Assembly: GCA_903951425.1 (NCBI GenBank) | Contig: CAJBBX010000083.1 | Coordinates: 48,286-112,285 of the forward strand | Direction of reading: 5' to 3' | Length of the DNA stretch: 64,000 nucleotides | Source: an uncultured Chthonomonas sp. | Lineage (GTDB): Bacteria > Armatimonadota > Chthonomonadetes > Chthonomonadales > CAJBBX01 | Translations under genes and position numbers: made by a program | Part shown: positions 58,399 through 64,000 of the stretch, one piece after another | Layout of the letters: every line of letters begins with the position of its first letter | How positions within the stretch are numbered: position 1 is the first letter of the stretch | Notes under the pieces: model-generated | Seen by the model: only the letters and a program-made list of their open reading frames with translations | What the model was told of the DNA's origin: nothing | Database searches by the model: none

Positions 58399-61300
58399 CT
58401 ACGGCGCGACCGTCAGCGTGCCGCTACCGCTGCCTGCGTTGTAGTCGGTATCTGCCGTGAAGGTCACGGTGAACGGGAAGGCGCCGGCCGAGGCCGGGGT
58501 GACCGAAACCGTGGCTCTGCCCGCCGCATCGGTGGCGACCGTGCTGTCCAGGCTCACGCCGGCGCACACGAACCGGAGTGACTTCCCGCTGACCGGGGTC
58601 AGCGTTCCGTTCTTCTGGTACCAGTAGAAGTAGGCGATCAGCGTGCCCGCCGCGCCCACCTTGCCGGATCGGTTCATCGTGTACACGTAGACGCTCCGCT
58701 TGGCCGCAACGGTCAGCTTGGCCGTGCCGGAGGAAGCGGCGTAGGTGGCGTCGCCGATGAAGCGCGCGTTGATGGTGTAGTCGCCCGCAGTCGCCGGAGC
58801 GGTGACCGCGAGCGTGGCCTTGCCGGTGGCCTCGGTGACCGCCGATGCCGGGGTCCACGCGCCGCCGTTGAACTGGAACTCCATCTGCTTGCCCGCAATG
58901 CCCGCCCTGTTCTGCGTCTGCAGGTAGGCCAGAAGGCTCACCGCGTCGCCGGGGCCTGCCGTGCGGTCCATGACGGCGGTGGTGGTGGCCAGGAGCGATG
59001 TGGTGGTCAGCGTGCCGGAGCCGGAGCCGGCCAGGTAGGTTCCTGCAGCCTCGAACCGGCACGCCAGCGTGTGGACGCCCGCAGCCGGCGCCGTGATGGT
59101 GAGGGTAGCGTAGCCCGTGGCGCTGGTGAGCACCTCCGAGTTGGCCCAGGCGCCGGAATCGATGCTGAACTGGAGGCGCTGGGCGGCGATGCCCGCGCCG
59201 GCGGCGTCGGTGAGCCTGCCGCGGAGGGAGATGCGGGTGCCCTCGGTCACGTTGAGGTCATCCACCGTAACCGTGGTGGGATCGCCGCTCGAGAAGGAGA
59301 ACTTCATCAGGAAGGCATCCCTTCCACCCGCGTTCACGGTCTGGTAGGCGCCGGGGGTAACGGGGAAGGTCGGGATCGGGAACATGGGGCGAATGTCGCC
59401 CATGCCCGCCTGGTCGTCCGCAGGCGGGTCCTTGTCGGTACTGCCGGTCACGTGAACCGCGCCACCGCTGAACGCCACGCCGTACACTGCGTCGTCGTTG
59501 GGGCCGCCCAGGTAGGTGCTGTAGGTCAGCGCCGAGCCGTCGGGGCTCAGGACGGAGAGGAAGCCGTCCTTGTTGCCGGGGCGCGTGGCGAGGAACGCGT
59601 CGGGAGTAACGGGAAAGGCGTCTCCCGCTGCGCCCACCACATAGGCCGATCCATCGGGTCCGAGCGCCAGCCCCTCGCCTTCCTCGGCGCCGGTGCCGGA
59701 ACCGAGGTAGGTGCTGTAGACGAGGGCCGAGCCGGCGGCGTTGAGCTTGGTCACCACGCAGCCGCTGGAGGCCGCGGGCATATAGGCGCCGGGCGTCGTG
59801 GGGAAAGTCGCTGCTTCGCATAGGCCGGTGATGACGGCGCAGCCCGCCGAATCCACCACCACCTCGTAGGGCTCTTCGTAGCCGTTGCCGCCCAGATAGG
59901 TTTCGTAGACCAGCGCGGTGCCCGAGGCGTTCAGCTTGGCGACGAACCAGTCCCAGTCCCCTGCGAGGCCGGGCTGGAAGGCCCCTGGCGTGGTCGGGAG
60001 GTTGGGTGCATCGGTGACGCCCACCACGTAGGCGCAGCCGGCGCCGTCAATCGCCAGGTCGGTCATGCTGTCGGAGAAGTTCGCGCCCAGGTACGTGCTG
60101 TAGATCAGGGCCGAGCCCGCGGGGTTCAGCTTGGTGACGCACCCAACGATGTTGGTGAGGACGGCCTTGCTGGGAATGGAGCCCGGCGTGACCGGGAAGT
60201 CAGTCGAGAGCGTCCACGAACCGACGTAGGCGCACCCGGCAGCGTCCACGGCGAGGCCGTCTATCCCATCGGCGCTCGCGCCGCCCAGGTAGGTGCTGTA
60301 GACCAGGACGGAGCCCGTCGCGTTGAGCTTCATCACGTAGCCGTCCGTGTCGTTGCGGACCTTGTCGAACGCGTCGGCGCTGGTCGGCAGATCGTCGCTA
60401 CTGGTCCCACCCGATGCATACGCGCAGCCCGCGGCGTCGACCGCCACGTCATAGGCATAGTCGGAGCCGGTGCCGCCGAAGTAGGTGCTGTAGACCAGGG
60501 CCGACCCATCGGCGTTGAACTTGGCCAGGAAGCCGTCGTCGTTCTGAGTCGCGTCCGGCGTCGCCTTCACGGCGCCGGCGGTGGTCGGGAAGTCGAGGCA
60601 CTGGGTGCCGCCGAGGACATAGGCGCAGCCCGCCGCGTCGACGGCTACGTCGTTGCCGAAGTCCCTGGTCGTGCCTCCGATCAGCGTGCTGTAGGTGAGC
60701 GTCGGGTCGACCACCAGCGGGCGGCTCGCGTCGTAGCGGGCGATCTGGAAGCCGACGGCGTTGCGCTCCAGCGTGAAGGAGCAGGCCACCTGCTTGCGGA
60801 CGCCGTTCACGGTCTGGTACGCGTAGGGCCGGTTCAGGGTCACGTCGCCGCAAGCGGTCGAAGCGATGAGCTTCCCGCCGACGGTCCGAAGCGACTTCGC
60901 GCCGGAGACGGCCATGCGGATCCTCGACGCATCCGCGCCGGGCTTCACGACGAAGTCATACTCCAGCGTGCGTGACTTGCCTGCGCCGTAGGTGACCAGG
61001 TCGATGCCGGGGTAGACGCCCGCCAGCTTAACGCGCGAGTAGGTCGGGACGTTGGTGCGCCACTTCTTCGCGTCGTTGCCGAGGAAGTAGTTGACGACGC
61101 CGGGCTGTTTGTCGAGGCCCGAGGCCACGGCCCCGGCGTTGGATCCCTGCAGCTTCAGCCGCAGCGCCGTTGCCTTGTCGCCCTTGCGCAGCGACAGGAC
61201 CATCTCGCGGCTCGTCAGGAAGAGCGCGCCGCCACCGCTTCGCGCGACGAACTGCACCTCCTTCGCGTAGCGCCCCGTGTTCTTCTCGAACGTCAGGGGC

Positions 61301-61419
61301 AGGTTCGCGTTGAGCGACCTGGCTGGGCCGGCCGAGGGCGATGCGACGCCCGGCACGGCCGCGATGAGGGCTACCGAGCACGCCGTAGCGCGCAGCAGCC
61401 TGCGAGTGAAGTTGAGCAT
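58399..61419 (-). CDS. Secreted SBBP-repeat beta-propeller protein with three C-terminal Ig-like domains
   Basis: Signal peptide; FEKNTG, NYFLGND, LEYDFVV, PLVVDP; repeats YSTYLGG...AVDAAGCAYV...FPTTxGA. Confidence 0.9.
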   Translation of the reverse strand: MLNFTRRLLRATACSVALIAAVPGVASPSAGPARSLNANLPLTFEKNTGRYAKEVQFVARSGGGALFLTSREMVLSLRKGDKATALRLKLQGSNAGAVASGLDKQPGVVNYFLGNDAKKWRTNVPTYSRVKLAGVYPGIDLVTYGAGKSRTLEYDFVVKPGADASRIRMAVSGAKSLRTVGGKLIASTACGDVTLNRPYAYQTVNGVRKQVACSFTLERNAVGFQIARYDASRPLVVDPTLTYSTLIGGTTRDFGNDVAVDAAGCAYVLGGTQCLDFPTTAGAVKATPDATQNDDGFLAKFNADGSALVYSTYFGGTGSDYAYDVAVDAAGCAYASGGTSSDDLPTSADAFDKVRNDTDGYVMKLNATGSVLVYSTYLGGASADGIDGLAVDAAGCAYVGSWTLSTDFPVTPGSIPSKAVLTNIVGCVTKLNPAGSALIYSTYLGANFSDSMTDLAIDGAGCAYVVGVTDAPNLPTTPGAFQPGLAGDWDWFVAKLNASGTALVYETYLGGNGYEEPYEVVVDSAGCAVITGLCEAATFPTTPGAYMPAASSGCVVTKLNAAGSALVYSTYLGSGTGAEEGEGLALGPDGSAYVVGAAGDAFPVTPDAFLATRPGNKDGFLSVLSPDGSALTYSTYLGGPNDDAVYGVAFSGGAVHVTGSTDKDPPADDQAGMGDIRPMFPIPTFPVTPGAYQTVNAGGRDAFLMKFSFSSGDPTTVTVDDLNVTEGTRISLRGRLTDAAGAGIAAQRLQFSIDSGAWANSEVLTSATGYATLTITAPAAGVHTLACRFEAAGTYLAGSGSGTLTTTSLLATTTAVMDRTAGPGDAVSLLAYLQTQNRAGIAGKQMEFQFNGGAWTPASAVTEATGKATLAVTAPATAGDYTINARFIGDATYAASSGTAKLTVAAKRSVYVYTMNRSGKVGAAGTLIAYFYWYQKNGTLTPVSGKSLRFVCAGVSLDSTVATDAAGRATVSVTPASAGAFPFTVTFTADTDYNAGSGSGTLTVAP

Positions 61420-61619
61420 GATCCGCCTTTCAACGACAGTGGTTATGGCCACCCCGAGTTCGGGGAGTGCGCCCGCTGGTTCTGCACGCTTCTAGCCGGG
61501 CCGCCGATCGTGCAGCGCGCCCTGACGGTGATTGTAACACGTTCGGTGGGAGTACGCAAGCCCTCTCTCATTTCCGAGACAGGTCCGCAGGAGCCATATG
61601 GAGGCGGCGCGCCTGTGCC

Positions 61620-61660
61620 GTCATCCTGAGGAACGAAGGATCCCCGTAGCTCGAGGATGA
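61620..61660. repeat. Short REP-like palindromic element
   Basis: GTCATCCTGAGGAACGAAGGATCC ... CTCGAGGATGA: imperfect terminal inverted repeat in an intergenic region. Confidence 0.5.
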
Positions 61661-61766
61661 GGCCTGCGCTGACCGTGTTGAGGTTGTTGATTGTGCAAAC
61701 GCAGCAGCGCCCCCGTTGGCCGAAGCCTCCGGGGGCGCTGGGTGCGTCTCAGGCTGGAGCGCCGGG

Positions 61767-64000
61767 CTACGGCGCGACTGTCAGCGTGCCGCTACCGCTG
61801 CCGGCGTTGTAGTCGGCGTCCGCCGTGAAGTCCACGGTGAAGGGGAACGCGCCGACGGTGGCCGGGCTCACGGTGAGCGTGGCCTTCCCGGCGGCATCGG
61901 TGGTGACCGTGCTGTCCAGGCTCACGCCGGCGCACTGGAACCGGAGGGACTTGCCGGACACCGGGGTCAGCGTTCCGTTCCTCTGGTACCAGTAGAAGTA
62001 GGCGATCAGCCTGGTGGAGCCGCCGACGGCCACGGAGCGGTTGATCGTGTAGACGTAGACGTTCCGCTTGGCCGCGACGGTGAGGTCTGCCGTGCCGCTC
62101 GATGCGGCGTAGGTGGCATCCCCCGCGAACCGGGTATTGATGGTGTAGGATCCCGCCGCGCCGGGCGCCGTGACGGCGAGGGTCGCCTTGCCGACGGCGT
62201 CGGTGAGGGCCGAGGCCGGGGTCCACGCGCCGCCGTTGAACTGGAACTCCAGCGCTTTGCCCGCGATGCCGGCGCCGATCGACGTCCCGCTCGGGATGCG
62301 GAGGTAGGCGACGAGGCCAAGGGCGTCTCCGGGGCCCGCGCCGATGCTGTTGACCGCCGTGACCGTGGCCAGGAGCGTCGTGGTATCCAGCGTGCCGGGG
62401 CCGTCGGCGGCCGCGTAGCCTTCGGCCGCCTCGAACCTGCATAGCAGCGTGTGGGTGCCCGCGGCCGGCGCCGTGATGGTGAGCGTGGCCACGCCGGCCG
62501 CGCTGGTGAGGATCTCGGAGTTCACCCATGGGCCGGAGTCGATGCTGAACTGGAGGCGCATCCCGGAGATACCGGCGTCTGCGGCGTCCGACAGGCGTCC
62601 GCGGAGCGTGACGCGGCCGCCCTCGGTGGCGCTCAGGCTGTCCACGGCCACCGTGGGCGTCGGCTGGCCGAAGCTGAACTTGGCCACCATGCCGTCGTCG
62701 CCTCCCGTTGACTGGGTCTGGTACGCGTTGGCGGTGCAGGGGAAGCCGGCGCCGCTATAGCCGCCGATGATGGCCGCACCCGTGGCGTCGACGGCGACGC
62801 TGGCGCCCTCATCGGCATACGTGCCACCCAGGTAGCTGCTGTAGGTCAAGCACGTCCCTGAGGGGTCCAGCTGCGTCAGGAAGGCATCGATCTGGCCGCC
62901 GTCCGCCGCGTGGGTGGACTGGGCGGCGCCGGCGGTGACGGGATAGCCCGCGCTCTTGGTGGAGCCCGTGATGAAGGCCCCGCCGACTGCGTCCACGGCG
63001 ATGCCCTTGGCCTTGTCGTCGCCCGCCCCGCCGATAAGGGTGTTGTAGACCAGCCCGGTACCGGTGGGGTCGAGCTTGGTCACGAAGCCGTCATAGCCGC
63101 CCGCGTTGACGGCCTGGTACGCGTTAGGGGTTGTGTAGCTTTCACCGTTGGTGTAGCCGGCCAGGTAGGCCGCCCCCTCGCCGTCGATGGCGATCGCATA
63201 GCCGTAGTCGGAGCCGGACCCGCCCAGGTAGGTGCTGTAGATCAGGGCCGTGCCGCCGGCGTTCAGCTTGGTCACAAAGCCGTTAACGCCGCCCGGCTTG
63301 ATGGTCTGGCATGCGTCCGGCGTGGTTGGGAACCAGTCGTCGCTGTAGCCGCCGATGAAGGCCGCGCCGGTGGAATCGACCGCGATGCCGCGGGCGTAGT
63401 CGTTGCCGGTCCCACCCAGGTAGGTGCTGTAGGTCAGGTACGTCCCTGAGGGGTCCAGCTTCGTTACGGTGGCGTCAATGCCGCCTTCGCGTACGGTCTG
63501 GTAGGCGCCGGCGGTCGTCGGGAAGTCGCCGTCGGTGTAGCCGCCGATGTATGCCGATCCGGCGGTGTCCAGAGCGATGCCGTATGCGGAATCGGCGCCC
63601 GTGCCGCCCAGGAAGGTGCTGTAAGCCAGGGACGCGCCCGATGCGCCCAGCTTCGTTACGAAATTGTCAGTGCCGGCGGAGTCGGCCCCGTGCGTGGTCT
63701 GGAACGCGCCGGTGGTCGTCGGGAAGGCGGCGCTGTTGGTCTCGCCGCAGACGTACGCCGCGCCCGTTGCGTCCACCGCGATGGCCTTCGCCTCGTCGTA
63801 CTCAGCGCCGCCCAGGTAGGTGCTGTAGACCAGCTTTGCGCCCGAAGCGCTCAGCTTCGAGACCACGGCATCGGTGCCGCCCGCGGCGGCCGTCTGGTAG
63901 GCGCCGGTGGTTGTAGGGAACGGCGTGCTGGCCGAGTAGCCACAGACGTACGCCGCACCGGCGGCGTCCACCGCGACTGCCTTGATCTTGTCGGCGCCCG
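61767..64000 (-). CDS. Tandem paralog of the SBBP-repeat protein (5' partial)
   Basis: Same SBBP repeats and a nearly identical C-terminus ending DYNAGSGSGTLTVAP; the frame stays open to the window edge. Confidence 0.9.
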   Translation of the reverse strand, partial: GADKIKAVAVDAAGAAYVCGYSASTPFPTTTGAYQTAAAGGTDAVVSKLSASGAKLVYSTYLGGAEYDEAKAIAVDATGAAYVCGETNSAAFPTTTGAFQTTHGADSAGTDNFVTKLGASGASLAYSTFLGGTGADSAYGIALDTAGSAYIGGYTDGDFPTTAGAYQTVREGGIDATVTKLDPSGTYLTYSTYLGGTGNDYARGIAVDSTGAAFIGGYSDDWFPTTPDACQTIKPGGVNGFVTKLNAGGTALIYSTYLGGSGSDYGYAIAIDGEGAAYLAGYTNGESYTTPNAYQAVNAGGYDGFVTKLDPTGTGLVYNTLIGGAGDDKAKGIAVDAVGGAFITGSTKSAGYPVTAGAAQSTHAADGGQIDAFLTQLDPSGTCLTYSSYLGGTYADEGASVAVDATGAAIIGGYSGAGFPCTANAYQTQSTGGDDGMVAKFSFGQPTPTVAVDSLSATEGGRVTLRGRLSDAADAGISGMRLQFSIDSGPWVNSEILTSAAGVATLTITAPAAGTHTLLCRFEAAEGYAAADGPGTLDTTTLLATVTAVNSIGAGPGDALGLVAYLRIPSGTSIGAGIAGKALEFQFNGGAWTPASALTDAVGKATLAVTAPGAAGSYTINTRFAGDATYAASSGTADLTVAAKRNVYVYTINRSVAVGGSTRLIAYFYWYQRNGTLTPVSGKSLRFQCAGVSLDSTVTTDAAGKATLTVSPATVGAFPFTVDFTADADYNAGSGSGTLTVAP

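Noticed and set aside
49600-64000. CRISPR-like or DGR-like repeats
   Set aside because: The repeats are in-frame RCC1 and SBBP protein repeats; there is no repeat-spacer pattern, cas gene or reverse transcriptase.

Overview
GC-rich bacterial chromosomal window with about 41 genes and no integrase, transposase, prophage or CRISPR array. Gene content is tentatively consistent with Armatimonadota (inference only). The left part holds two hybrid histidine kinases (one with His->Gln at the phosphoacceptor), a PabB-PabC fusion, a CcrM-like adenine methyltransferase, a ROK kinase and a DnaA homolog with an altered DNA-recognition helix and no dnaN or oriC context. The middle holds many secreted carbohydrate-active or unknown proteins, a paired AAA_35 NTPase module (BTAD regulator plus membrane WD40 protein), tRNA-Pro(CGG) and a rubrerythrin with a signal peptide. 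The right part holds an uncharacterised three-gene operon (Cys/Trp/Pro-rich protein, DUF1360-like CxxC membrane protein, small CC protein), two decayed toxin-antitoxin modules, a YIDPGSG peptide + NoeA-like methyltransferase + sulfatase-like operon, and three secreted beta-propeller proteins sharing a triple Ig-like C-terminal tail. Several genes are interrupted (three 1-nt deletions, one in-frame TAG, one deletion plus TGA). All family assignments come from motif recognition by eye; no database search was run.
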